Positions 12,607 to 24,520 of a stretch of DNA of 64,000 nt are shown piece by piece. This DNA comes from Sphaerodactylus townsendi. Its lineage: Eukaryota. The translations under genes and the position numbers were made by a program. The notes under the pieces are model-generated. The model saw only the letters and a program-made list of their open reading frames with translations, was not told the DNA's origin and did no database searches. The stretch is from NCBI RefSeq assembly GCF_021028975.2, contig NC_059439.1:23932001-23996000 (forward strand), given 5' to 3'. Numbering within the stretch: position 1 is the first letter of the stretch; each line of letters begins with the position of its first letter.

Positions 12607-12834
12607 CTGATTAAACCAGCTGTGCCATACAATGAGTTCCTCTCTAATGGTGAGCGCTTGGGGTGAAGGAGTCCGGGGATCCATTTTGCCAACATTCACT
12701 CTAACAAAAGATTGATTAGGGAATGTGACCCAGTTGATAACATCAAATCCTGCTTCTAATTTTCCATCCCGGTCAAAGGAAATCTTGTCTCCAGCACTGT
12801 TGTTAAATGAGACCTGTCTCAGAAAGTGGTGGAG
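12607..12834 (-). CDS. V2R-A exon 4
   Basis: 228 bp; LHHFLRQVSFNNSAGDKISFD...FDVINWVTFPNQS...WFNQ; AG/GT flanks. Confidence 0.92.
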
Positions 12835-12957
12835 CTAGATCGAGAAAAGGAACATAGGTTTGTAACAAACAATAAAAGCTCACTTTTTTTCCAAAAAACA
12901 CCATCTTTGTACAGCTAAAGTGATTGGCATATTTGCCACTGACAGTGTTATCATTTT

Positions 12958-13050
12958 GGTTATATGTAAACAAGAGAGTTCATGGTTATATGTAAACAAG
13001 AGAGTTCATGGTTATATGTAAACAAGAGAGTTATATGTAAACAAGAGAGT
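12958..13050. repeat. 26-bp tandem repeat, ~3.5 copies
   Basis: ggttatatgtaaacaagagagttcat repeated. Confidence 0.9.
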
Positions 13051-13171
13051 CCATTTCCCTGCTTGCTCATTTCTATGCACATAGAAAAGGTAGGACTCAT
13101 ACAAGTGATCTGACAAAAATTCATAATACAGTAGTTGAAAAAAAAACAAATCTTAGTGACTTGTGGAAAGA

Positions 13172-13412
13172 CAGCTTGGGGTAGTTGGTTAGGAGTAGTG
13201 GACTCTAATCTGGAGAATGGGCTTTGTTTCCCTGCTCCTCCACATGAAGCTTTCTGGGTGGCCTTGGTCCTGTTACAGTTCTCTCAGAACTCTCTCAGCC
13301 CCACCTACCTCACAAGGTGTCTGTTGTGGGAAGGGGAAGGGAAGGATTGTAAGCTGCTTTGAGACTCCCTGAAGTTAGAGATAAAGTGGGGCTTAAAAAC
13401 CATCTCTTCTTC
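13172..13412 (+). mobile_element. Older tRNA/CORE-type SINE
   Basis: Diverged match to the SINE family (tctaatctggaga...ctctctcagccccacctacctcac). Confidence 0.75.
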
Positions 13413-13574
13413 CAATACTTGCATTCAATTCAGGGTGCATATTTTAGCCCAATCCTTTTTGATCCCACCTGAACCAGAGAAAAAAAAATAGCCCCTCTCA
13501 TTTATGTATCGCCTCTCCACGTACCATGGATTCCCTCCCCACACAATCTCACAATGAACTGTTCAAACAACTAC

Positions 13575-14429
13575 CTGCCATGACTGGTGATTCTGAAGTT
13601 TCCTTCTCTCTCCCATTGTCCTGCTTTTTGACTTGGATGAAAACATGGCATGCAATGCGTGGGCAACAACATAGACAGCATTGTAGATGTTGTAGCTCTG
13701 GCCGGTCATGTGCATTTCAAACACAGGCCCAGGGAGGTTCTCTAGCATCTTTTTTTCAGAACAGGGGTCCTCGTCTGTCTCATCTGAAGCAGAAGCTGGA
13801 AACACACAGCTGAAAGCTTGTGCCCAGAAGGCTCTGATAAAGCCGTCTTCTTTTATGCCTAAATGTTTTCTGCTATGAAGGAACTGTTGGAACGCTGGTA
13901 GCTTATTGGAGTGAACTGCAAAAGACAGAGTGCCATGAATGCCTTCAATATCCCACGTTCTTTGGTAGTTAAGCGATGTAAAGTCCATTTGACCTGTCAG
14001 AACCCACACTTTACCGCCAGGGCTTTGAACTTCATTTAGTAGTGTGGGCAAGCACAGCAGCCACCTGAAATTTATCATGGAATCAGCTTCTCCATAGAAG
14101 ATTATTACGTTGGCTGTGCTGTTCGTCAGTTTATTATGCATTTCCACCATCCATCTTAAAGTTCCTTGTAGATCATCATCAAAACCCAAACTGTGATATA
14201 TACCTATGAAGGCAAAACAAATGTCTCTTTGGGAAAACACAGGGAGCATATCTTGCACAAATCTTTCTCCATTCTCACTGTCATCAGCAATGAATCCAAT
14301 CCATGTCCACTTGAAATGGAGAAGTAGCTGGAGAATCCCTGCGTACTGAATTGCTTCATCTGGGACCATCCGGTAGAAGGAAAAAAGATTATTTTTGTCA
14401 TCCATCCTTGGAGCAAATCCATACAAGAG
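13575..14429 (-). CDS. V2R-A exon 3 (Venus-flytrap domain)
   Basis: 855 bp, open; LLHFKWTWIG, GKVWVLT, FWAQAFSC, SYNIYNAVYVVAHALH; ends WQ|gt. Confidence 0.95.
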
Positions 14430-14652
14430 CTAAAGATGCAAATACAGAAAAGCAGTTTTTATTTTTCTTATATCATTTCCTTTGAAACCTGCTTTCTGTC
14501 CCCAGCAGGACTTGATCTGGATTTCCTACAAAAATCTGTCTGATTGCTTCCAATACACCCTAATTATTTCTGAACCACAAACTTCATATCTGAAAAAAAA
14601 AGAGAACATGTAAATAATTTGTAAATTTCCATACTCTATACATGTATCTTAC

Positions 14653-14944
14653 CTGCGGAAACTTGTAGGTACCCACAACATTTGCTATTTGCTGAGAGGT
14701 TTTAGAATGAAATCCTCCAATGATTGCTATGACATTGTCTTGGATGTCACACTTGTAGTTGGGGATAAACCTGTTCCTTGTGGAAAGAAGTTGCATTGCA
14801 GCATGGTAAGTCCACTTTGCTTTCAAATAGCTATCATAGATCTGGAATCCAATAGTGGCATTGGGTAATATCTGAGAATGTTCATTGATTTCCTGTACGG
14901 CAAACACCAAGGCCAGTATGTGCTGGTAGTTATTCGTTTCGGAG
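14653..14944 (-). CDS. V2R-A exon 2
   Basis: 292 bp; NYQHILALVFAVQEIN..ILPNATIGFQIYDS...PNYKC...IGG...PQ|gt. Confidence 0.95.
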
Positions 14945-15094
14945 CTAGAACGAAATTTGCATTTTGTGTCATCAACATATTCTGCACTTGTAAATTAATC
15001 ATCACCATTCAGTGCATTCAGTTTTACTGATAATATTTATAGATTGTACTTTTTGGGACCATCCTTAATATAATACATTGGATAGTATGTGTGT

Positions 15095-15485
15095 AAGATA
15101 AGATAAGATAGGGTAAACTTTAATGTCATTGTGCATGCACAATGAAAATACAAACATCCCCTGATGGACATTTCTGCATTCCTTACACCCCATCTTCCAC
15201 AATCCCCCTTCCAACCATCCCTACCCAGCTACAGCCACGTCAACGCGACACCATGGAGTTCAGCATAGCCACAGCTCTAGCATAGAAGCTGTCTCTGAGC
15301 CTAATTCTCCTTGTTTTTATGATCCTATATTGTCTGCCAGATGGTAATATTTAAAAAAAGAGTATGCAGGGTGAGACGGGTCTTTCAGAATATTCTGAGC
15401 TTTCTTTAAGCAGCGGGAATTATAGTGTTCTTCCAAAGAGGGGAGAGGGCATCCAATTATTCTCTGGGCAGTAGTGTGTATAAAG
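15095..15485 (-). mobile_element. Rex1/Babar-like LINE 3' fragment
   Basis: TAQRIIGCPLPSLEEHYNSRCLKKAQNILKDPSHP is a Rex1-type ORF C-terminus; (TCTTA)n tail. Confidence 0.7.
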
Positions 15486-15494
15486 TCCTGCTGG

Positions 15495-15590
15495 GGACCT
15501 GGTAGTCTCCCATCCAAATACTAACCAGGGTTGACCCTGCTTAGCTTCTGAGGTCTACAAGTTTGGCTAGCCTGGGTTATCTAGATCAGC
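15495..15590 (-). mobile_element. 5S rRNA-derived SINE head
   Basis: Reverse complement reads cagaagctaagcagggtcaaccctggttagtatttggatgggagac, a strong 5S rRNA match. Partial, so not an rRNA gene. Confidence 0.75.
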
Positions 15591-15760
15591 ATAATGGACA
15601 AGCTTACAGAAGAACAAAATAAGGAAATTATAGATATGTTAAATGAGGAGACCTGCTGCTACAAAAAAAGAGTTGGGGGCAGTGCAACATCCAGATGACA
15701 TTTTCTTTCTTTCTTTGTACCTTTTATCCTGATTTTCAAACAGAAATCATTCCCCTAGTA

Positions 15761-16170
15761 CAGGGGTAGGGAACCTTTAACACTCAAAGAGCCATTTGGA
15801 CCCGTTTTCCATGGGAAAAGAAAACACTTGGAGCCGCAAATAATTTTTGACATTTAAAATAAAAAAACTATATATTGGGATTTTTTACCTTTTACTCCGC
15901 TCATTCTGAGAAGAGCATGGATGCGCCCGCCCTGCTGCCTACAGGGTGGGCAAGGATGAGGCCAGCGGCTCGGCCTCGCCGGCCGCCAGGAAAGCACCCA
16001 CCCCCCTCCAACAGGGCAGGCGAGAGGGGAAGCCCGTGGCGCGGCCCAGCCAGCCGGAGGCAGTTGGTGTGCCCGCCCTGCTGCCTGCAGGATGGGCAAG
16101 GATGGGGCTGGCGGCTCAGCTTGTGGAGCCGCAGTGCAAGGGCAGAAGAGCCGCAGGTTCCCTACCCCTG
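15761..16170. mobile_element. hAT non-autonomous DNA transposon
   Basis: Perfect 16-bp TIR caggggtagggaacct; 8-bp TSD ccctagta. Confidence 0.92.
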
Positions 16171-16515
16171 CCCTAGTAGGTCACAAACCCAAACCACAAT
16201 GCTGGTATCAGGCGACATGCATTAATGTAAATAAAGCCCAAGTTCCTGTTTGCAGAGTCACAAACTAGAACTAAAAGGGTTGGAAAGGAAAGGAAGCCCT
16301 GAGACTGAAGAACTCAGAAAATGTATACATTTGAAGCCACAACACAGAAACGGGTGAGCCTGAGTGATACTTTAAGAAGCATTTCCAAAGGAGTCATGAC
16401 AACAGGGGAATGGCATTTGCATGGGGATCTCACATGGGTTACGTGAGGAGGAGAAAAATGTGTTCTGGAAGTCCCAGAATCGTGATTTGTTGGGCTGTGG
16501 CCATCGACATTACAT

Positions 16516-16760
16516 GTTTATTTATTTTATTTATTTCTTGAATTTGTAGACCGCCCCATCCCCGGGGGGCTCTGGGCGGTGCACAACAATATTCATTACA
16601 ATCAGTAAAATTATTAAACCAATAAAATCTATTAAAATCTATTAAAATCTATTAAAAGCAGCGGTCAATACAAAGATATCAGGTGCCCCAAAACCCAATT
16701 TAATTAGAGGCCTCCCTAAGGAAAGGGAACGGCCGGACTCCCCTCTAAGAGGGTAGCATA
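16516..16760 (-). mobile_element. L2 3' UTR fragment
   Basis: (TTTA)n tail followed by ccgccccatcccc..gggctctgggcggtg, the reverse complement of the L2 end at 27600-27690. Confidence 0.7.
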
Positions 16761-16836
16761 TGGTGGTAATCGAATATAGAGAGTTATAGATGTTAACAGA
16801 ATATAGATGTTAACAGAAGCAATTGTAATTCCTTAC

Positions 16837-17042
16837 AGAAAATCTTCAGACAATGACTGAGAAGGCTGTTTACTGAAGTCATTCGGACTGCTGTGGAAGA
16901 TGGTATGGGAAGCAACGCTTCCAACGATGACATCTCCTGACTGATAATATTTGTGAACAGTAGGCGGGGGATTCAAGAGACTACATGCCTCAGCAGGAGC
17001 CGTACGCACAATGGAAAGCTGCAGCACTCCCAGTATCCACAT
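16837..17042 (-). CDS. V2R-A exon 1 (signal peptide)
   Basis: MWILGVLQLSIV...C...KYYQSGDVIVGSVAS; phase-2 donor gtaagg. Confidence 0.85.
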
Positions 17043-17389
17043 CTTGAATGAAACTGTTCCCTCCGGACATAGAATCCCTTATCTGCATCCGCAACACTAT
17101 GACTCGGATGTTCATGCATTTAGTTTCAGCCTATTTATTCATTGAGTTTCAGCTTGTTCATTCATTTAGTTTCAGATATTCATTTGTTGCTGGGTTTACT
17201 AGCCATCAGTCCAGAAAGAAAGAAAACAGCCATTTCTGGCCTGACCCTAGAGTATCAAACGCACAGGATCAAATACCTGACTGCCTCTGGTCCTTCATCA
17301 TACTTCTGAATTTTATGAGGATACATTCAAATATATTTTAGCTTAATTATTATCCTCTAGCACACCACAGGGGATACAGCAAGTCTCAG

Positions 17390-17412
17390 AATTACTATCC
17401 TTTGGATAATTA
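17390..17412 (-). promoter_or_regulatory. Shared V2R upstream motif, copy A
   Basis: Sense strand TAATTA-TCC-AAAGGA-TAG-TAATT, ~350 bp upstream of the ATG; equivalent motif at B, C and D. Confidence 0.6.
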
Positions 17413-18089
17413 TGGGGGAATAAATCTTTTACACTTGGTTGTCATGTCTCCCCTTTAACTGAAAAGTGGTAAATTTCAAAAGGAAAAGAACTCTAGCCAT
17501 TAAAATCCTCAGATGACTGTCAGCAGAAATAAACATTTTGATTCATAGTATCAGTCTCCCTGAGAAATTTTCCCCCTGTGGAAGTAAAAAAAAAAACCCA
17601 CTCTTTTCCTTGTGTGTTTCATGCCTTCATATTGGCTCCTCACTTACCGGCCCCACAAAAATACCTGGGTTTACATCCCTCAACCCCCAACAAGGTCTAA
17701 CCTCCCCCTGGCTCTAGATCCAAATCTGGATGGATTTTTAATGATCTGCCAACCACAGACGGATGTACCACCCTCTGTACCCCATTCCCATTGTCCCACC
17801 TCTGGAGACAGTGAACACAAAAACCTTTAAAGAATAATAAACTTTATTGCAAAATTATGATGTTAAAAACAGACCTTAACTACAAGCACTGAAGATTTCA
17901 AAGATGTCAAAAGCAAATCATGGGTACATTTTATCCGGGACAAACAGCAAACAACACAAAGTTTTCAAATGTTCAATGTATTGTCGAAGATTTTCAAATG
18001 TTGTATTATGAATAAATAGAAATTTAACAAAAACCCATAAGTATTCCAAAGATTACAACATTATAATTCTTCAGCAAGGATTTTAATCA

Positions 18090-18506
18090 ACAGTTTATTT
18101 ATAGTCTGCCTTTCTTACTGATACTCAAGTAGGATTACACAGAGTAAGTCAATACAATCAACAAGATGGGACATTCAATGAAATAGGATTTGGGTTGTAG
18201 ATCCAACCAGAAATATTAAAAAAACAACAACAAAAAACTGAATCAAAGTATATGTATTAGGATGACACATTAAATGATGCCAAATTTCACAGTATGAACC
18301 AAACCCCAGAAAACTATAACACAGTAATATTACAGATCCCAGTCCCATATAATTTATCCAGGTAACTTGGTGAAGCCTTTTGTAACAGTGCTACTGTATT
18401 ACCTGCATAGAAAAGCCCTCTTGAAAAGTGCAATTTTGCATAGTTTGCAGAATGCCAGAAGAGTGGGCACCATCCTTATCTCCTCAGGCAGGCGTTTTCA
18501 CAAAGT
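18090..18506 (-). mobile_element. Old L2 3' fragment
   Basis: Reverse-strand L2-like ORF end and UTR with a tttatttt tail. Confidence 0.55.
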
Positions 18507-18949
18507 GTAATATGATAAAGAATTTGTGGATATGATATGTATCGGATAATATTTTAATGGAATTTTGGCTGAGCAGGCTATCCACTGTGGAACCCATGTG
18601 GGTCCTATCAAACATCAAATCAAACTTATATTTACTGATATCTTTGCATGCCTAGTCAGTGTGATCACTCAAATGTTTAGAACTTAGGTGACACTGATAT
18701 ATCATTGAGTTGTCCAGTCAAGCTTTTGCCTTCTCACTTGTAGTGTTTGTTGTGGAGATGCCTGAGAACTGAAGTTTCTGGGCCCCTCCTGAGTGTCAAA
18801 GTTGGCCTCAGGGTAGGATGGAGGGGGAAGAGAGATGTCAACCAATATGGATGCAGGACAGGAACAAAACAACTAATGACAGGAAAAAGGAGCAAACACT
18901 GGAGGGCACACACTACTCTGGACAGCAAGTTTAAAGAAGGAAACAGACT

Positions 18950-19851
18950 TCAAGAGGTTTTCCTAATCATATGATTCTTGTTATTTAGTTCAGGTTTCAA
19001 CAAGATAATATAACATTTGGGGAAAAAGATACAACCCAGCAGCCCACCACTGGAGGCTAACATAGAGAAGATCTCAACAGCTACCACATATTTCCCTTTG
19101 ATACTCAGATAGGCTGGAACAAAAGATAGCCAAACACTGCAAAAGACCAACATGCTGAATGTGATGAATTTGGATTCATTGAAACGGTCAGGTAGCTTCC
19201 TGGCCAGAAAAGCCACAATAAAACTGATGACTGCCAAGAAGCCCATGTAGCCCAGGACACAGTAGAACATGGCAAGAGATCCTTCATTACATTCCAGTAT
19301 AATTTCTTTAGCTGTTGAATGCACGTCAACATCTGGGAATGGGGGAGAGGATGCCAGCCACACAGCACAGATGCCTGCTTGGATAAGAGAGCAAGAAAGA
19401 ACAACAAAGTGCGCAAATCTTCTCCCCACCCATTTCCTCATCCTGCTTCCTGGCTTGGTGGCCATGAAAGCCAGAATCACAGTCAGGGTCTTTGCCAGCA
19501 CACAAGAAACAGCCACTGAGAAGATTATGCCAAAAGCAGTTTGCCGAAGGAGACACGCCACCTGCTTGGGTGGGCCTATAAACAGCAGTGCACAAAGGAA
19601 GCAGAACAAGAGAGAGATGAGAAGAGTGTAGGTGAGGCTCTGGTTGTTGGCTTTGACAATGGGAGTGGTGTGGTGCTTCAGAAAAGTCCCAAGTATCAGA
19701 GCTGTGATCAAAGAGAAGGAAAGAGCAAAACCTGCAAGAATTCCCCCCAAAGGTTCTTCATAGGACAAGAAGGTGATGTCCTTGGGAACACATACATTAC
19801 GTTTCTCGTTTGGATACTGCTTATCTGCACATTTTTTACAGTCATTCATGT
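18950..19851 (-). CDS. V2R-B exon 6 (end of cysteine-rich domain + 7TM)
   Basis: [68 protein letters not shown]; phase-1 acceptor ttcag. Confidence 0.97.
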
Positions 19852-20754
19852 CTGAAAACATAAAGAGATGTGGGTTTGAATCTCATTCTTAAGCAGTGAT
19901 CCATATATTTTATCATTGTACCATGCTTCTTCTGACATAGATACATGTTCTCCATTCAGATTAGAAGTTCTGCTCTTGGCAGAAATGTGGGACCCCTCCT
20001 CAGACTCCAGAGCCCTGCACTAAAGAATCTGTTTCTGAAAGGATGAGCTATGATGTCCCGCATCTCCAGAAGCATGAAAACAGCCATCAGTCAGCCCCAT
20101 CCACAAGCCAGGCTGAATTGGCTGCTGCCCCAAAGAGCCTTCTTGGCAATGTGGGGGAGTAAAGAAGCTTCCCTGCCACCTAAAAGCCTCAGTGGGCTGC
20201 ACTGGACTTATGCCCGCCAAAATGCTGGTTTAAGTGCAGATTATGGCTTGCCACAATAATACCAGCAAAGGCCAGGGGGAAGCCAAGTAGTGTTGACCCC
20301 TCCTCTGGCCCTGGCCCTGGCCCCAGCCTACCCCTGCTATGCCACCACCACCAGCAGAGGGGATGGCATTCAGCGCTGCATTCCAGGCCAGGGGGGCAGC
20401 CACCCCTCCATCAGAATAAGTTCCAGGCCAGGGGGTGGCAGCAGCCACCCCTCCACTAGAGTAAGTGCCCAAGGGAGACAAATCTACCAAAGTGGTAGCA
20501 TGCTGCTTCCTGAAACAGATTTGTCCCCTCCCCCTTTGGATGGGGCTCTTTATAAGAAAGGACCGTAAATAATAATGTAGTTCTAGAGAGTAGATGTTTT
20601 GTCTTATACCCCCAAAATCTTGTGGGTCTCCACGATGGTACTGGACTCAACTCTAACTGTCTCAAATGATAGTGTAGTAAGCCAAGGTATGTGTTACCGC
20701 AGCAGCGAGTCTACCTTAAAAAGCCCTGCTTTTTTGGTGCAGCAGTGAGTCATA

Positions 20755-20895
20755 GGCCCCTTCCGCGCATGCAAAATAATGCGTTTTCAAACCACTTTCA
20801 CAACTGTTTGCAAGTGGATTTTGCCATTCCGCACAGCTTTAAAGAGCACTGAAAGCAGTTTGAAAGTGCATTATTCTGCATGTGCGGAATGAGCC
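20755..20895. mobile_element. 141-bp Harbinger-type MITE, copy 1
   Basis: Imperfect TIRs ggccccttccgc / gcggaatgagcc; TSD ATA. Confidence 0.85.
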
Positions 20896-21235
20896 ATAGA
20901 GAACCATGGACAAGCCTTACCAAATTACTTTTCTATTAACAATACTGATTAACATTCCTTCTCCCTTCCTGGCCAGATACGAGCTTTGTTTTCAACTTTG
21001 TTTTTGTCCTTTTTGAATTGTTACTTTACTGATCTTCCTATGTTGATGGCCTAATTTTGTATTTTGAAAGGTTCATCATGATGGCTTTGTTGGCTGCTGT
21101 TTTATAATGTAAAAGGAATTGTTTTACTGTTGATCAATCTGTTTCACTGATTCCTTACACCATTTTAAATTCCCCCCATTGTTGTGTTTCTTGTAGGTTA
21201 GCAGCTTTGAGCAAATCCTAGATGTAGTCTTTTGT

Positions 21236-21373
21236 TTGGGTGCTGTGTGGTTTCCGGGCTGTATGGCCGTGTTCTAGCCGCATTCTCTCTTGACGTTTTG
21301 CCTGCATCTGTGGCTGGCCTCTTCAGAGGATTCACCCAAGTGATTCCGGCCGCGAAAGCCTTCGACAATACAT
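21236..21373. mobile_element. Penelope-like element fragment (inverted pLTR pieces) with a degenerate hammerhead ribozyme
   Basis: PLE terminus gaaagccttcgacaatac. Minus strand reads CTGAAGA..GCC..GGC-AAAAC-GTC. Imperfect 13-bp TSD tgtagtc(t/a)tttgt. Confidence 0.75.
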
Positions 21374-21642
21374 TGTAGTCATTTGTATTTGGAAGTCATG
21401 ATTATTGCCAACCAGGATTGTCATTGGTTTGTGAGACAAGCTGTAATCTCTATTGTTCAATTTCTGTAATCTATTCAAAACATTATTTGTGTAGTAAACC
21501 ACACTCCTAACTGTCATGAATTATCATTTTTAAAGTCCTGCAGACAATCAGATCTGAAGTGTGCATATTTCTATGTATATTTCTTTGACAGCCAATCTGT
21601 TTCTTCTGCCATTTTACTCTTGTGGGAAAATATAGGTCTTAC

Positions 21643-21769
21643 CTTTCTGGTCAGATATCTTCCCTTCCGGACACAGAGTGCAATCATAGCAACAAAATGG
21701 CTCCCCCTCCTTCATTGTCTTGCTGGAACCAGGATAGCAACTCTTAGTACATACTGAAAGAGGCCGGGT
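21643..21769 (-). CDS. V2R-B exon 5 (cysteine-rich domain)
   Basis: 127 bp; TRPLSVCTKSCYPG...EGEPFCCYDCTLCPEGKISDQK. Confidence 0.95.
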
Positions 21770-22798
21770 CTAATGCATTAATGAAAAAAGAAAGTTAACA
21801 TCTTCAGAAGAATTTCATTAATATGGTGGGCCTGAGCATGGGTCAGGCAATCTCATGGTCCCAGAGGGGACTAAAAGCCAGGGGGAAGCAATTCTCAGTG
21901 GCAAACCACTGCCAAAAATGGAGGATCTGCAGGATGCAGTGGCAAGGAAGGAGCTTCGGTGATGGCTGCTGACCTAGGCCCAGGCGCCAGCATCCTAGGG
22001 AAATGTCAGGGTGAGGTGATGTAGCAGGCTAGCCCAAGGCCAGAGTGGCATGACAGGGGACCATCCTGAGGAAAGGTCAGGGGTCCTGATTACCAGGGGG
22101 AGGAGCAATCCCCTTTAATGGTGCAGAGAGGGGCAGGGACAGGGAGGAATTGGGAATAAGATAATCCCATGCGTGCTAGGGACCCTCCCTTCCAGGGAAG
22201 ATCAGAGCTGTGCATTTGCCTCCTTGCTGACCTGTTCAGAGGACAGCTCCTCCCTACCCAAGCTGGAACTCCAGGAGCTCCTACCAGATACTGCACAGTG
22301 GTAACCAGGGTTAGCTGAAGTATCATGGCTAACTATCATGAATCTATGATAGATTTTTTGCCAATATCCACTGACCACCCCATCACCATTGGAATTGTCT
22401 GTTCTTTTTTGCTGATGTGGCCATTGATCCCTGAAGAAAGTCTATGCATCTTAGTCTGGTTACAAAACTGTGGTGATTCCATTTTAAGCGGCTCTGCCAG
22501 GAGTTTAGCCTCTTGACAAAGTCTAGACTCTTTACAGTATCATTTTCAGCTTTGTTAACATGCTCAAACTTCCTAACCATGTTAAGGGGTATCTCCAAGC
22601 TGTGGCACAAAGTAGTGGTGTGTAGGAGGTAAAAAAGGTGCATTTTTATCCAAATATATTGGAGCCAAAAATTTGGTATTCCCAGTTTCCAAATATCAGC
22701 ATGGTTTTGCATTAAAATTTACCTTGGATATCAAGACTGAAACTCAGGACTAATTTAGACATGGGAGATATCTACAAATCCCCACACTTGGATCTTAC

Positions 22799-23026
22799 CT
22801 GATTAAAGAACGGATCCCATGTGATGGCATTCTCATCAATGGTGAATGCTTGGTCCAGAGGAACATGTGGATCCATCCTCCCAACTTTCACTCTATGAAA
22901 GGATTGGTTTGAGGAAACAATCCAGTTAACAATATCCAATCCAGCTATCAGTTCACCCTTTTGATCAAAGGAAACCTTGTCCCCAGCACTGTTGTTAAAA
23001 GATACACCCCTCAGAAAGTGATGGAG
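22799..23026 (-). CDS. V2R-B exon 4
   Basis: 228 bp; LHHFLRGVSFNNSAGDKVSFD...LDIVNW...FFNQ. Confidence 0.95.
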
Positions 23027-23497
23027 CTGAATAGAAAGGGAAAAGACAGCAAGAGCAACCAGTCAGGCTCATATGAAAAAGAAAGATCAGTATTTATGAA
23101 TGGTCAGGTGATGGACAAGTTAGCATCTGCCTTTCTCTAAGATCAGCCAATCAGAGCTGAGAGAATGTTTAGCTGGACAATATGGAGGCAGTCCTTCAAA
23201 TACCACAGCCTGCACAAGAATCAGAAGAAAATCAGTAACTTCCAAGTTATTTGAGTATGAATGCAATAAAAAAAACTCAGCAGTTTCAAATATAGTAGAA
23301 ATAGATTGGTGGATTTTCTAGTTAGTATGAGGGACAACAAATGCAATCTCATGGATGTAGACTTCAGAATGAGCCCTAGTGAACATAATGGGACTTTCTC
23401 CTTGTTGCACAGGCTTTGGATTTGGTAATGAAAGATCAAGCAGGAGAGAATGGAAATACGGTAGTGAAACATGTATTTATTGCAGGGATAAATCCTT

Positions 23498-24035
23498 GGC
23501 TGTTTCTGCACGGGCAGAATACAGCGCCTTAGGGATGGTAAAAACACCATACTTGGGGCGCTGTTTGCACAGCTGGAGCTGCTGCATTGCAGCAGTGCCG
23601 TGCTCAACCCCTCAAGTGGCGCAAAAATGCTGCTTTCAAAACTCGCTCAACAAGCGAGTTTTTTTTAAAAGCAGCATATTCCACCTGCTGCCATGTGAAT
23701 GGCAGTGGGTGGAAGGCAGCATTTTCTCTGTATCGCTTTCCCCCCGTCTAACCTCCTCTTGGCTGCCATTGCTGTAGAGAAGCCAGGGGACACACTTTCT
23801 GGCCTCAGTCCCTAGAGGCGTCACCATGGCTACAGGGGCATGTCTCCTAGTCTCTCTACAGTGATGGTAGCCGAGAGGAGGAAAGAGGGAGGGAAAAGTG
23901 GCATGCCCCATGTGAAGGCAGCCCCACAAGCCGCTGGGGCACCAGGGCCTTTTGCAGAATGCCATACAAACAGCCCCAGGGAGTGCACCAACTGCAACTA
24001 TGTCAGTGCACCCATGCTCCCATGCGGAAACGGCC
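23498..24035. mobile_element. PIF/Harbinger-type non-autonomous element
   Basis: TIRs ggctgtttctgca / tgcggaaacggcc; TSD CTT. Confidence 0.75.
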
Positions 24036-24182
24036 CTTGTCTAGCCATAAAGTTTTTGAAGGACACTGCAATCAGTTTTTACTAGTACCTACAATCCCCC
24101 AGGTGGACAGTGAGCATCAGTGAGCACAATAGGACTTACTTCAAAGTGAGCAGCTTCATCATGCTGACTTGGATGACTCAAG

Positions 24183-24350
24183 TTAGGCTCACCTTCTCAA
24201 GTCTTTAAAGCTAAGAAGGGTCAGCCCTGGGAGACCACCAAGGAATACCAGGGCGGCTACTAAAAGGCAAGGAATGGCAAACCATCTCTGAATGTCTCTT
24301 TCCCTGAAAACCTGTCACCAGAAGTCAATTGCAACTTGTCAACACTTTCC
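24183..24350 (+). mobile_element. Decayed 5S-derived SINE
   Basis: aagctaagaagggtcagccctgggagaccaccaaggaataccaggg followed by an aatggcaaacca tail. Confidence 0.6.
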
Positions 24351-24520
24351 AACCATCAAGAAGCTGGATAGAGTTTAGGGCAGACTGCAAAGAAAAAGTT
24401 CTGAGATATCAAAACAATTTTTAAATCAATGATTGTTTATGGCAAGAGAGCTCAGATAGGTTGGATGACAGTATCAGGAAAAAACAAAAGAGTTCACCCC
24501 TCTGTCATGAAGAACATTAC

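Larger units (their letters stand above)
12607..17042 (-). other. V2R-A gene span (exons 1-4 only; exons 5-6 not found)
   Basis: Four in-frame exons of 206/292/855/228 bp with GT-AG sites and phases 2/0/0. Confidence 0.85.

Noticed and set aside
15495-15590. Functional 5S rRNA gene
   Set aside because: Partial, diverged and dispersed; consistent with a SINE head.
19105-19855. Alternative-frame and antisense ORFs over V2R exons
   Set aside because: Shadows of the real 7TM coding exon with no independent support.
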